NCBI GenBank assembly: GCA_965222375.1
Contig: CBDCTZ010000016.1
Span: 768,001 to 832,000 of the forward strand
DNA length: 64,000 nt
Reading direction: 5' to 3'
Source: Polyangiaceae bacterium
GTDB taxonomy: Bacteria; Myxococcota_A; Polyangia; Polyangiales; Polyangiaceae
Shown: positions 38,780-49,263 of the stretch, in pieces
Position numbering within the stretch: position 1 is the first letter of the stretch
How the letters are laid out: each line of letters starts with the position of its first letter
The notes under the pieces: model-generated
What the model saw: only the letters and a program-made list of their open reading frames with translations
What the model was told of the DNA's origin: nothing
Databases searched by the model: none
Made by a program: the position numbers and the translations under genes

Positions 38780-40252
38780 ATGCACCCCATCCTGTTTAGC
38801 CTTCCCCTGCCGGGCATCACGATTCCCCTCTTCCCGGCTCTACTAGCCCTAGCCGCCGTGGGCGTAGTGCTCGCCCTTTTCGGCTACCGCAAGCGCGCCA
38901 CGGATCTGCTGGTGATCGGGGTGGCGGCAGCCGCGGGCGGTGCTTTTGCAGCGTTCAGTTTCCGGGGCGAGGTGTACACACTCTCGCCGCTACCGGTCTA
39001 TTCGTACGGTGCCATGTTGTGCCTGTCCATTATCGTGGGCTGGTACTTGTCCCTCGGGCTCGCAACCAAAGACGGTCTGCCCCGAGATGTGATGGCCAAT
39101 TGCTACTTCGTTACGGCCGTCGCCGCGCTGATTGGCGCTCGTTTGCTCTACGTAGCGACCAACGTGGACGAGTTTGCCTCCTTCAAGGATCTGTTTGCTC
39201 TGCGGCGTGGCGGTCTCGTCGCATACGGTGGGTTCCTGGGCGGCTTCCTCGGCTCCTGGTGGTTTCTGAAACGACATAGGATCCGCCTATTGCCGTGGGC
39301 AGACGTCGCAGTGCCAAGTCTTGCTTCGGGCCTCGTGATCACCCGCCTTGGCTGCTATCTCTACGGCTGCGACTTCGGGAAGCCGCTGTCTGAAGGCGCA
39401 CCCAGTTTTCTCAAGTCCCTCGGCACCTTTCCGAAGTGGCCCGAAGGCACGGTTCTGGAAGGCTCGGGGTCTCCGGCCTGGATCCAGCACGTCAACCAAC
39501 GTGGGCTCTCGCCAGACGCTTCGGCTTCGTTGCCTGTTCACCCCACCCAGCTCTACGAGGTCGTGACCGGCCTGGCGCTGCTCGGGTTGGTTTTCGTGGC
39601 CCGCAAGAATCAACGCTTCCGGGGCCAAGTCTTTCTTGCTTTCACTATCGGCTACGGCGTGCTGCGCTTCGCGCTGGAGGTGCTGCGGGACGATCTCGAG
39701 CGCGGCACATTCGGACCTCACCTCAGCCAGCACGTGGTGTTGCCTGCTGCGGCGCTCGCCTTTGGGCTCGCCTTTGCCTTCGGGCCCGCTCGCTGCATTG
39801 CCCGGGATAATCTGCGGCGAGGAGCTCAGGCCTTGGCGCTGGTTCCGGCGCCCCTTCTCTACCTGTTGCTGAAACCGACCAGTTTCGCCCAGGGCGTAGC
39901 CGTGCAGCTTTCCACCTCTCAGTGGATAGGTCTCGGAACCGGAGTCGCCGCCGCGCTGGTGTGGGGCACGTTGTTCGAAGCTTCCAAGAAGAACCCAGAA
40001 GCTGCGATGAGCTTGGGCGAAGGCGCAGTCGAGTTCGCTGACGACGACGAAGCCGAGGACGAGGCCCGTGAGCTGGCACCGGCTGAGGACGACTCGGTGG
40101 CGACCGAAGAGGAGGCGACCGACCATGCGGGCTCGTCCGAAGACGACGCAGAGGCGGCGTCGAAGCCAAAGGCCCGCAAGAAGAAGAAACGGAAAAAGAA
40201 GAAGAAGGCCGGGTCCGCCTCCGGCGGAGAGCCCGCTCCCAACGCGAGCTGA
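38780..40252 (+). CDS. lgt: Prolipoprotein diacylglyceryl transferase (long form)
   Basis: MHPILF, SYG, GARLLY, GGLVAYGG, RLGCYLYGCDFG, HPTQLYE, RFALEVLR; acidic then Lys-rich tail. Confidence 0.92.
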   Translation: MHPILFSLPLPGITIPLFPALLALAAVGVVLALFGYRKRATDLLVIGVAAAAGGAFAAFSFRGEVYTLSPLPVYSYGAMLCLSIIVGWYLSLGLATKDGLPRDVMANCYFVTAVAALIGARLLYVATNVDEFASFKDLFALRRGGLVAYGGFLGGFLGSWWFLKRHRIRLLPWADVAVPSLASGLVITRLGCYLYGCDFGKPLSEGAPSFLKSLGTFPKWPEGTVLEGSGSPAWIQHVNQRGLSPDASASLPVHPTQLYEVVTGLALLGLVFVARKNQRFRGQVFLAFTIGYGVLRFALEVLRDDLERGTFGPHLSQHVVLPAAALAFGLAFAFGPARCIARDNLRRGAQALALVPAPLLYLLLKPTSFAQGVAVQLSTSQWIGLGTGVAAALVWGTLFEASKKNPEAAMSLGEGAVEFADDDEAEDEARELAPAEDDSVATEEEATDHAGSSEDDAEAASKPKARKKKKRKKKKKAGSASGGEPAPNAS

Positions 40253-40255
40253 ACG

Positions 40256-41065
40256 CTAGCCAGCTACTCTGCGGGGAACTCGAAACCGAACCCGCTCCAC
40301 GCCCTGCACGTCCACATTCAAGGCGTGCCTCGAAACTTCGCACAGCGCCCAAGCTGCTGCGGCGCGACCTGGAGCATCGTCGTCCAGATTCTCGGTGAGA
40401 CTTTGCAGAGTGACGAAGGGGACGTGGTCGAAGACCTCCAGATAGTTCCAGTGGGCGTGACCGTTGAAGACACAAAGGACTTTCTCGCTGGCAGTCAGGA
40501 TCTTCCGCAATTGCTTGCGCTCGGCGACGCGGCAGATGTGTGGCGCGTGTTCGAACCAGCGGTTGCCAGTGAGGTCCATTTCGCCGGCTGGGTGGTGCAT
40601 GAGCACGATGACGGGAAGGGGCGACTCCCGCAGAGCATTGGATAGCCAGTCCAGTTGTTCCTGGGGCAATCGGACCGAGACGTCTTTCGTTTCGATGGTG
40701 TTCAGAACCACGAAACGGAGCCCGTCGATGTCACGAAGGTAAAACAGCGCATCGTCGTGCTGCCAGAGCGCTTTCAGGTCAGCGTCGTTCAAGCAGACCT
40801 GGTCGTGGTTGCCGGCGACGTGCAGCACAGGTTTGCCAGATTCAGCCAGCAGCTGGACAAACTTCCGGTAGCGCTCTCGGTCGGCGTCGGGCGCCTCATC
40901 TTCGACCACGTCTCCTAGGTTCACGATGAGGTCAGCGCCGGCTGCGCAGGCCTGCTGGACGAATAGGCGCGTCAGCTCAGGCGCCCGCTGGGATAGCTTT
41001 CGCAGCTTCCCCTCGAAATATGCCGGGGGCCCAAAGTGGACGTCCGTGACCAGGGCGATGCGCAC
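40256..41065 (-). CDS. Calcineurin-like metallophosphoesterase
   Basis: DVH, GD, GNHD, HHP, GHAH. Confidence 0.9.
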   Translation of the reverse strand: MRIALVTDVHFGPPAYFEGKLRKLSQRAPELTRLFVQQACAAGADLIVNLGDVVEDEAPDADRERYRKFVQLLAESGKPVLHVAGNHDQVCLNDADLKALWQHDDALFYLRDIDGLRFVVLNTIETKDVSVRLPQEQLDWLSNALRESPLPVIVLMHHPAGEMDLTGNRWFEHAPHICRVAERKQLRKILTASEKVLCVFNGHAHWNYLEVFDHVPFVTLQSLTENLDDDAPGRAAAAWALCEVSRHALNVDVQGVERVRFRVPRRVAG

Positions 41066-41325
41066 GCCTCTGTCGGTGTATCACGATGCCGTCCGGCAGC
41101 CAGATCGACGTTTTCTGTAGCTTGGGGAAAATGTTTAGTAATTTTCTATATTTACGATCTGGCGCTTAGGGCGCTTCTGGCTTGGCCGGGACGAGAAATT
41201 GACGCCCTGGACCGGCCCCGCCGTCTAAAGGTAGCCTTCCGCCCGCACACGAACCGTGTATTACCGCGTAAGCGCGAGGCGCCCTGGCGCGTTGGAATTA
41301 GAACGAGACATTGGAGTTGCTAGTC

Positions 41326-42042
41326 ATGCGAAGTTTGATCCTTGGTGTCGTAGGTTGCCTGGTGCTGACGACGGTTGTTGGTTGCAAGAAGAAAGACGAG
41401 GGGCAAGACCCCCAAGCCGCCGGCTATCAGCCTGGCGGCTATCAGCAACAGCCTGGCGGTTACCAGCAGCAGCCCGGTGGCTATCAACAGCAACCGGGTG
41501 GTGGCTATCAGCAGCCCCCTCCCGGTGGCCAGCCCCCTCCCGGTGGCCAGCCTCCTCCTGGTGGTCAGCCCCCGCCGGCTGGTGGCGGCATCCCCGGTGC
41601 TCCTCCCGCTGGAGGTGGCGGTGGTGGAAAGGCTCAGCCCCTGGACCCATCCTTGGGCTCGGCTGCTCAGCCCATCTTGAACCAACTCGCCAAGGCTGAG
41701 GCGATGCCTGGTGCTCGCCCCGTCGGTTCGGCGCTCGTGGGCAACTTCCAGCAGGGTCAGAATCTGGAGACTCAGATTCAGCTCAATGCTGGCAAGTGCT
41801 ACACGGTTGTCGCTGCGGGGCTTCCGCCGGTTTCGGAAGTGAACGTGAAGTTCGTGGCCGTGACGCCGATCCCTGGTTCCGCGATGGTGCTCGCCCAGGA
41901 TCAGACCACGGGGCCTCAGGCCGTGCTTGGCAAGAAGCCCAATTGCTACAAGAACCCCGCGCCTTTCGGCCTGCCTGTGAAGATGATCGTCGAAGTTGCG
42001 GGTGGCTCCGGCGTTGCAGCGGCGCAGGTATACGAGAAGTAG
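41326..42042 (+). CDS. Lipoprotein with GGYQQQP/GGQPPP repeats and a C-terminal beta-sandwich domain
   Basis: GGAG SD; lipobox VVGC; GKCYTVVAAG domain. Confidence 0.75.
   Translation: MRSLILGVVGCLVLTTVVGCKKKDEGQDPQAAGYQPGGYQQQPGGYQQQPGGYQQQPGGGYQQPPPGGQPPPGGQPPPGGQPPPAGGGIPGAPPAGGGGGGKAQPLDPSLGSAAQPILNQLAKAEAMPGARPVGSALVGNFQQGQNLETQIQLNAGKCYTVVAAGLPPVSEVNVKFVAVTPIPGSAMVLAQDQTTGPQAVLGKKPNCYKNPAPFGLPVKMIVEVAGGSGVAAAQVYEK
41421..41580 (+). repeat. Coding tandem repeats (about 21-nt PGGYQQQ units and 18-nt PPGGQP units)
   Basis: Read directly, e.g. cccggtggccagccccct repeated. Confidence 0.75.
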
Positions 42043-42093
42043 ATCCCGTTGAGGCCCCCAGTGCGGGGCGATTGTGCGCGGCGCGTGTAACTC

Positions 42094-43095
42094 TTACATG
42101 GCGCCGCGCGCACGCGTTCGATAAAGGATCGCCAAGAATAGGGGTCCACCGACCAGGGCCGTGACCGCGCCGACGGGTGGTTCAGTGCCCAGATAGTGAA
42201 ACGCGATTCTGGCCGCGAGATCGCAGGCGACCAAGGTTGCGGCGCCCAGGAGCATGGCTGCGGGGATCAACGTGCGATGGTCCGGGCCCAACATGCGCCG
42301 CGCTGCATGGGGCACAATCAGACCCACGAAGCCGATCAGCCCAGTCAGGCTGACGACGGCGCCGGCCACGGCGGAAGCGGCGAAGAATACGCGCCACTCC
42401 AAGTTCTTCACGTTCACGCCCAGGTGCTCCGCGGGCTCACGACCCAAAGACAAGATGTTCAGCCGCCCGGCGTCGAACATGATCAACACGATCCCTAGGC
42501 CGACCCAAGCGGCGCAAACCGTTAGCTGCATCCTGGACGGAACGTCCAGGAAGCCCATCAGCCAGAACAGTAGCTCTTGGGCTTTGGAAGCCGTCACGAG
42601 AGTCTTGATGAAAGTGATCAAGCTAGCGAAGGTCGCATTGACGATGACCCCAGCGAGAACAATGGTGGTCCCGCTGACCTCTCCACCGGCCCGCGCAATT
42701 GCGTAGACCAGCAACGTCGCGACCAAACCACCGAGCATTGCAGCTCCGGGGACCACGGCGGCGCCAATGGCCGTAAATGCACTAGCGCCCGCCACGATGG
42801 CCAGCGTCGCACCCGCTGCGGCGCCGCCAGATACGCCGAGCACGTAGGGATCAGCAAGTGGGTTGCGCAGCAAGGCCTGGAACGCGACTCCAACTACCGC
42901 CAATGCGCCGCCGGCCAATGCCGCCAGGGCAACCCGCGGTGCTCGTGCGGACCACAGGATCACCCCGTCTAGGCTGTCCGGGTCGTTGATCGCAAGGCTG
43001 ACGTCGATGGCGTGGGCCCCGAAGCTCACTGCCGAAACGACCGAGAGCGCCAGCAGCACCAGCAGCACTCCCGTGATGACGGCCAAGCGTCGCAC
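42094..43095 (-). CDS. FecCD/BtuC-family ABC permease (iron-siderophore/heme/B12)
   Basis: RAPRVAL, QALLRNPLADPYVLGVSGGA, IGFVGLIVPH, GGPLF. Confidence 0.92.
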   Translation of the reverse strand: MRRLAVITGVLLVLLALSVVSAVSFGAHAIDVSLAINDPDSLDGVILWSARAPRVALAALAGGALAVVGVAFQALLRNPLADPYVLGVSGGAAAGATLAIVAGASAFTAIGAAVVPGAAMLGGLVATLLVYAIARAGGEVSGTTIVLAGVIVNATFASLITFIKTLVTASKAQELLFWLMGFLDVPSRMQLTVCAAWVGLGIVLIMFDAGRLNILSLGREPAEHLGVNVKNLEWRVFFAASAVAGAVVSLTGLIGFVGLIVPHAARRMLGPDHRTLIPAAMLLGAATLVACDLAARIAFHYLGTEPPVGAVTALVGGPLFLAILYRTRARGAM

Positions 43096-43100
43096 GGGGT

Positions 43101-43883
43101 CTAGCTCGCTTGCTCGGACGTTCTATTGCGCGCATGCAGGATGCGGAGCCCGTCCAGGGTCAGGTGCTCGTCCACAGATTGTACTGAGTTCGTGTGCCGA
43201 GAGATGAGCACAGCCAGCCCGCCTGTGGCCATGACTGCGCAGGGGAATCCAAGCTCCGCGGTTATCTTCGCGACCAAGCCGTCGACCAGAGAGGCGTAGC
43301 CGTTGACTACACCGGACTGAATCGCGTGGGTGGTGTTTTGACCCACGACCTGCGGCGCCTCCGCGATCTCGATCCGGGTGAGCTTTGCGGCATTGCCCAA
43401 CAGCGCGTCCAAGCTCACTTGGATACCCGGAACGATGACGCCGCCGAGGTACTCCGCTTTCGGGGACACGCAGTCGAAGGTCGTCGCAGTACCGAAGTCG
43501 ACGACGATGACGCCGCCACGCGTGCGTTCGTAGGCGGCCACGGCGTTGACGATTCGGTCGGCGCCTACATCCTTGGGGTTATCGTAGAGTACCGTGATTC
43601 CGGTAGCTAGCTCCGGGCTGACGACCAGTGGCTGATGCCCGATGACGTGCTCGATGGCGATCGCCATCACGTCGGTCAACGGCGGCACCACGCTCGCCAG
43701 AATCGCAGCTTCGACCCGCTGGGGGTCCAAACCGTGTAGCGCCAGCATTTGATTCAACAGGACGCCATGCTCATCCGCCGTGCGCGCACGCACGGTGTTG
43801 AACCGGAAGGTGCGAACCAACTGCTCGCCATCGTAGATTCCGAAAACGACGTTGGTATTCCCAATGTCTACCGCTAGCAGCAC
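43101..43883 (-). CDS. coaX: Type III pantothenate kinase
   Basis: DIGNTN, VGADR, VDFGTATTFD, ATGG. Confidence 0.95.
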   Translation of the reverse strand: MLLAVDIGNTNVVFGIYDGEQLVRTFRFNTVRARTADEHGVLLNQMLALHGLDPQRVEAAILASVVPPLTDVMAIAIEHVIGHQPLVVSPELATGITVLYDNPKDVGADRIVNAVAAYERTRGGVIVVDFGTATTFDCVSPKAEYLGGVIVPGIQVSLDALLGNAAKLTRIEIAEAPQVVGQNTTHAIQSGVVNGYASLVDGLVAKITAELGFPCAVMATGGLAVLISRHTNSVQSVDEHLTLDGLRILHARNRTSEQAS

Positions 43884-43917
43884 GCGCGCACTCTACCTCA
43901 TCGCAAAGCCAGTGTGC

Positions 43918-46092
43918 TCACCGTGTTATGCGCGCTTTTCGGATCCGATTACCTTGGGCAAGACGCTGCCACTGCCCCTCGGCGCGCCCAATCCAGGCGT
44001 AGTCGCCGTCCAAGTGGGGGAAGGGTCCCAGCGTCACGAAGAGCTGGCTCGAACCCGTGTCACGCCCCGATAGCGCCATGCCAACGCTGAGGGGCGAGAA
44101 TCCGATAGGTGACGTTTCACAGCGCAGCATTTCCCGGCCCGCTCCTCCGAAACCATCGGCGCCAGGGTCGCCGAACTGAACGACGAAACCGGGGACGACG
44201 CGGTGAAACACAATGCCGTCGTAGAAACCCGATTCAACGAGGCTGGCGACGCGAGTCACGGTGACGGGTGCCACGTTCGCATCCAGCGCGAGCTCCAACT
44301 TGCCTACATCCGTTTCCAGAGTCACACGCACCGCGCCGGAGCGGAGTCGCTCGAGCTCCGCTGGCGCCGCCGAGGGCGTTGCTTTGTCGCAGCGTTTGTT
44401 GCGATCGCCTAGCGAGCGCAGGGCCTTTTCCGCAGCAGCGCGCAGCGTCGGCGCGCTGCTCTTGCACTCTTTCTCGACCTCCGCTTTGAGGCGCATGACC
44501 TGCAGTGCGCCAGCGGCTGCAATCAGGCTTTGGCGAATCTCAGTTGCATCCGGTGCCCGCCGTTTGGTGAACGCTCGCTGTAGCGCGTCAATCACATCAG
44601 CATGGGGTGCGACATCTCGCTTGGACTCGTCTTGTCGACCCCGCGTGCCTGCTGCCAGTGCAGGGTGGGTGCTCAAGATCTCTGCGGCTGTGGCGACGGT
44701 GCCGTCCTGCTTTGCCTCGAGAGCCGTCGCCAGCACCTTGTGGGTGTTGGCGGCTTCGGGGTGTTTCGCTAGCAGCCGTAAGGCCGCTTGGCGCACGCCA
44801 GGATGTTGCGATTTCGAGAGCGATTCCCAAGCTCGATAGCGAGCGCCCCGTAGTTTGCCTCGGTCGAGCACTTTCAGGAGCGCGAGGCCACGTATGGGAG
44901 CGTCATCGCCTGACTGGCAGTTGACGAGTTTTTGATAGCGATGGTTGTCCCCCGCGCGGCTCGCGGCGGCGGCGCAGCGTAGCAGCTCGACCCGCATTCG
45001 ATGGCTGCCCTTGGTGCCCGGCACGGCAAGGCTCTCGAGGCGCGCTAGGACGTCTTGGGCGGTTTCGGGTGGCTGAGTCATTGACTCCAACGCGGTGATC
45101 AACACGCCCCAGTTCGCGCTGATGAGCTCGGACTTGGCGAGGCGAGCGTCCGTGGCCATGGAATCCAAGATCCGCGCGAGTGCCTCGCTACCGAGCTTGC
45201 CGTTCTTGCCAAGCTCCCGTGCGGCGTCTGCGCGCTCACTCGGTGCATGACTGAAGTCCATGGCGAATCTCTCGAGGTCCACGATGGCGGCATCCCCCGC
45301 TCGCCCCAAGCTGCGCACCGCGAAGGCTCGCTCGCTTCCGGCCTTGCCGAGCGCGCCACGAGCGACATCTCGCAGCCGATTCTGGACAGACTCCGGCAAC
45401 GGGCCGAGGCGCGAGAACGCAAATAGACCACTGCCCAGCGGAGCGTCTGGGTCACTGGCGGCGTTGAGTAGCGCGACGATGGATGCGTCCTCCAATCGCT
45501 TCTGCCTAGACGCGAGGCGCCCGAGGGCGAGCGCTGCAGCCTCCGCCCGTGGTTTGGGTCCCGTTAGCCAGCCCCGCAAGGTGGCTTCCGCTTCACGGCT
45601 GCCACAGCGGCCCAGGGCGTCAGCGAGAACGTGCACGGGGTCACTCAACGGCGGAGACCCCTGCGCTTGCTTGGGCTGCGCCGCCAGGGAGGCTGCTCGC
45701 TGCACCAGGGCTCGAACGGTGGCGATTTCTCGGCCTTTGCAGCCGTAGCCCAGGCCATAGCTGGCCCAGGTGACCACTTCGAGGTCCTCGTCCCCCAGCA
45801 TTCTCTCCAACAGTTCCAGGGAGCGCTGGTCGGCGATCCGCGCAAGGGCTCGGGCGGCAACTCTGCGAGCACCGACCTGTCGATGACTCAACCACTCAGG
45901 CGTGATGCCCGCAGAGTCTCGCTTGTGCTCCGCGCTGACCAACTCTGAATAGCTCGCCACGGGCTTGCCGATGGCCGACGCGCTGGGTTTCGCGCTTGGC
46001 GCGTTGGTCTTGGTGGAGCCAGAGCGACAACTCTCGCATCCGGCTGTAACAACGGCCAGGCAGAGTCCAAGTCCAAGGGTGTTCACCCTCAT
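43918..46092 (-). CDS. HEAT-repeat lipoprotein with C-terminal cyclophilin-type PPIase
   Basis: TAGC lipobox; HEAT repeats; GFYDGIVFHRVVPGFVVQFGDP, DTGSSQ, PHLDG. Confidence 0.88.
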   Translation of the reverse strand: MRVNTLGLGLCLAVVTAGCESCRSGSTKTNAPSAKPSASAIGKPVASYSELVSAEHKRDSAGITPEWLSHRQVGARRVAARALARIADQRSLELLERMLGDEDLEVVTWASYGLGYGCKGREIATVRALVQRAASLAAQPKQAQGSPPLSDPVHVLADALGRCGSREAEATLRGWLTGPKPRAEAAALALGRLASRQKRLEDASIVALLNAASDPDAPLGSGLFAFSRLGPLPESVQNRLRDVARGALGKAGSERAFAVRSLGRAGDAAIVDLERFAMDFSHAPSERADAARELGKNGKLGSEALARILDSMATDARLAKSELISANWGVLITALESMTQPPETAQDVLARLESLAVPGTKGSHRMRVELLRCAAAASRAGDNHRYQKLVNCQSGDDAPIRGLALLKVLDRGKLRGARYRAWESLSKSQHPGVRQAALRLLAKHPEAANTHKVLATALEAKQDGTVATAAEILSTHPALAAGTRGRQDESKRDVAPHADVIDALQRAFTKRRAPDATEIRQSLIAAAGALQVMRLKAEVEKECKSSAPTLRAAAEKALRSLGDRNKRCDKATPSAAPAELERLRSGAVRVTLETDVGKLELALDANVAPVTVTRVASLVESGFYDGIVFHRVVPGFVVQFGDPGADGFGGAGREMLRCETSPIGFSPLSVGMALSGRDTGSSQLFVTLGPFPHLDGDYAWIGRAEGQWQRLAQGNRIRKARITR

Positions 46093-46607
46093 GGCTGCCA
46101 CGGAGGAGTCTGTAGCCCGAGGGTAGCGGTTCGGTCCAGCGCGAAACTCACTCGTTCGCGCAAAGCTCGCAGAAAGGAACGCAGAGCTCCGCGTTTGGGC
46201 GATTGGGCCGGTATGCCGACGACATCCACATCGAAACAGTGAAAACAACGCAGGGCGCGGGGCAAGTGCCAATCGCAGGTCACGATGGCAGCGCGGCGAA
46301 CGTCCAGGCGCTCGAAGGACTCCGCGACGTAGCGGGCGTTCTCGAACGTGCTCAGGCTACATAGCTCCGTGACGATTTGGCGACTGGGCACGCCTTGCTT
46401 CTCTAGTGCCGCTGCTAGAGCAATGGCCTCCGCATGGCCATGCCAGCGCCGGCCTCCGCTCGCGATCAGCCACTTTGCAGCGGAATCCATAAAGACGTTC
46501 GCCGCGGCCCGCGCTCGCCGCAGCCCAGCGGCGCAAGGCTGCCCATCAGGTTCGATGCGACACCCCAGTAGCACCACGGCGTCGATGGGGGCGTCGGAAC
46601 GGGGCAC
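46089..46607 (-). CDS. YdcF/DUF218 family protein
   Basis: DAVVLLG, ASGG, SLSTFENA, VTCDWHLPRA; start approximate. Confidence 0.8.
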   Translation of the reverse strand: MPRSDAPIDAVVLLGCRIEPDGQPCAAGLRRARAAANVFMDSAAKWLIASGGRRWHGHAEAIALAAALEKQGVPSRQIVTELCSLSTFENARYVAESFERLDVRRAAIVTCDWHLPRALRCFHCFDVDVVGIPAQSPKRGALRSFLRALRERVSFALDRTATLGLQTPPWQP

Positions 46608-46634
46608 GGCACACACTCGGTTGGCGCGGTCCAA

Positions 46635-47799
46635 TTGGGGCCGCAGGCGTTTTTCATGGATACCGCGCCTCGTGCTGCGAGGGAAATTCTGGGGAATGCT
46701 GAGGAGTGGTCGCTCTATTCTGGGGATTTCGGTCTGGACCTGGGGCCGCGGCTTTGGGGGCGGATGCTGCGGACGGCCCTTGGCGTGCGTATCACCGAGC
46801 ATGCGACGCCGCCGCTGGAGCTCGGCGATCTGGTACTGGAAGTCGGCGGCATCGCCACGGTGGGCCTGAGTGTGGAGCAGGCCGAGCAACTGTCTCGCTT
46901 GGAACCCGTCGGAGGCGAGTCCGTGCGCGATGTGATCGTGCTTCGGTCTGGCGACGCCAAGGTGAAGAAGCTCGTAGTACCGATCGGCGCTCGCGCGACT
47001 GAAACCAGCGAACTCCTGCCTTTCGATGTAGAGCGTGTCGCCTACGGCGGCGGGTCTGCAGTGGTCGTTACCATCAGCGAAGTATCGGACGGGCTGGGCC
47101 GGGATCTCGCGCGTTGGCTTGGAGCGGCTCGCCGAGAAGCTGATCCCCTCTTGGGGGTTGTGCTCGACCTTCGAGGCAATGGTGGAGGGTCCATCGACGG
47201 CGCGTCTTCAGTGGTCGGGGGGGGTTCTGCCCGGCGCAGCGAGTTTCCCATTGCGGCGCCGAGACGGTTCGGTCGAAGTGCATCGTGCGTGGGCACCCAG
47301 CGAAGAGGACCGCTGGAGCGGCCCCGTCGCCGTTCTGGTGGATGGCTACACCGCGAGTGCCGCCGAGATGATTGCCGGTGCGCTGTCCGTGTATGAGCGG
47401 GGACCGGTTGTCGGGGCGCGCACCTTCGGCAAGGGTTGCATCCAAGAGTACTTTGACGACCGGTCCGGGGTTGGGGTCCTGAGACTAACCACCATGGTTT
47501 TCGCCCTGCCCGACGGCAGCCCCCTGCCGAGCACCGGAGTGCCGCCGGACTTTGCGTTGCCCCTGCCCGGGCCAACGCAGCGGGAAGCGGCACTGCCCGC
47601 CGCGCTGCCGGGTTGGCGGGGACCGGACGTGCGCAGTTCAGCAAGCCCTGGCCCGGCCTGGCCCAGGGCGGCTGGGCGCCTGGGCCCCTGCGGCGACCCG
47701 ACGGTTTGTCGGGCTTTGCGCCGTTTGGCGGCGCCAATGCCCCCTCGGCGTGCTGCGAGGCGGCGACTGGAACGCGCTCCCCGCCGGGCCACCTTCTGA
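46635..47799 (+). pseudogene. S41 (tail-specific/CtpA) protease, frameshifted at G8 (47217-47224) and probably N-terminally truncated
   Basis: Frame 1 carries a PDZ remnant and LDLRGNGGG. The +1 frame carries TASAAE (Ser) and TFGKG (Lys). Removing one G fuses them. Confidence 0.75.
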
Positions 47800-47853
47800 G
47801 GTGCAAGTTGCCCGGAACGGGGGAGTGGTCTACACGACTCTTAAGTAGCTTTC

Positions 47854-49263
47854 ATGCTCGGCGAAGCCGCCGAGCGGGTGCCTCCCCGGGCACCCGAGGT
47901 TCCCGTGGTTCCCCCGCCGTCCCGCTCGAAAAACGAAAGCGACGAGCCCAAGCGCAAGACGCCTCGTCGGACCAAGCCCCGGGCTCGCCGGCCAAAAGAG
48001 GGAGATACGGCTGCGTCAGCCAGTGAGCCGCCGAAACCGAAGCCGAAGCGGCCAGGGCCGGAGGCCCAGGTCTATGACAAGAAGCCTACGCCGCACGACG
48101 TCGAACTCGACGAGGCTCGGATAGACCCGGACGCAGCCAAGGTCGTGCGCCGCCTTGTGCGTCACGGCCACGAAGCCTACTTGGTCGGTGGCTGTGTGCG
48201 GGACCTGTTGGTTGGCCAGGCTCCCAAGGACTTTGACGTCGCGACGAGCGCTCGGCCCGACGACGTTCGCAGGCTGTTTCGAAACTCAAGGATCATCGGA
48301 CGCAGGTTCCGCCTGGTCCACGTGTTGTTCTCCGGGGGAAAGGTCATCGAGACGGCGACGTTTCGATGTGCGCCTCAGGAACAGTCCGTTCGCGAGGGTG
48401 ACGATCTCTTGATTCGCAACGACAACGTCTTTGGCGAGGCCCACGAGGACGCGGAGCGACGCGACTTCACGATCAATGCGCTGTTCTACGATATTGAGGC
48501 ATGCCAAGTGCTGGACTGGGTGAACGGGATGCCAGACATCAAGCGCCGGGTCGTGCATACGATCGGTGACCCCGTCGTCCGTTTTCAGGAAGACCCGATT
48601 CGAATCCTCCGAGCAATCAAGTTCAGCGCCCGCTTGGACTTCGGCATATCCCCTGCCGTTTACGACGCCATCGTGCAGTGTCGAGGTGCGCTGTCGATGG
48701 CGGCTCGGCCTCGCTTGTTCGAAGAAGTGCTGCGCTTGATGCGTGGCGGTGCATCCCACCGCAGCATTTGGCTCGCTTGGGAAATGGGCGTGCTGGATAT
48801 CGTGCTCCCGGAGTTGTCCGCCTACCTCTCCGACGACGATACGAGCGCTGGGGAAACGTGGCGCTTGCTCTCGCGAGTAGACGCCCGGACTCGAGAACTG
48901 GGGCGACCTTTGGACGATGTGGTGCTGTTCACCTCGTTGTTGCTTGGACCGATTCGAGAGGCGTGCTTTGGGGAGCGGGACCGGGTTTCCGCGGCGTACG
49001 ATTTCTTGGAGCCCATCGTGGACCGTCTGAATGTCCCGCGCCGCATTGCGGACGCGGTTAGGCGGGTCTGCGCAATCTTGCCTCGGCTTCAGTCCGGTCG
49101 GGTCGGCCGCTTCTCGAAAACCCCCCTCTACCCACTCGCGCTCGAGATCATCGCGTTGTCCGAGAATAGCGACTCGCCGGCCGGACGAGGCGCGACGGCT
49201 GAGCTGCCGCCAAAGCCTCGTCGGCGACGCCGGCGGCGGCGCATCTCCACCGAGGAGGGCTGA
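47854..49263 (+). CDS. pcnB: Poly(A) polymerase I
   Basis: VGGCVRD, KDFD, PAP-specific IIGRRFRLVHV, RRDFTINAL, EDPIRILR; Arg-rich tail. Confidence 0.9.
   Translation: MLGEAAERVPPRAPEVPVVPPPSRSKNESDEPKRKTPRRTKPRARRPKEGDTAASASEPPKPKPKRPGPEAQVYDKKPTPHDVELDEARIDPDAAKVVRRLVRHGHEAYLVGGCVRDLLVGQAPKDFDVATSARPDDVRRLFRNSRIIGRRFRLVHVLFSGGKVIETATFRCAPQEQSVREGDDLLIRNDNVFGEAHEDAERRDFTINALFYDIEACQVLDWVNGMPDIKRRVVHTIGDPVVRFQEDPIRILRAIKFSARLDFGISPAVYDAIVQCRGALSMAARPRLFEEVLRLMRGGASHRSIWLAWEMGVLDIVLPELSAYLSDDDTSAGETWRLLSRVDARTRELGRPLDDVVLFTSLLLGPIREACFGERDRVSAAYDFLEPIVDRLNVPRRIADAVRRVCAILPRLQSGRVGRFSKTPLYPLALEIIALSENSDSPAGRGATAELPPKPRRRRRRRRISTEEG

Noticed and set aside
42094..43095. Orphan FecCD permease as a novel system
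   Set aside because: Partner ATPase and binding-protein genes are often encoded elsewhere; nothing unusual in the sequence.
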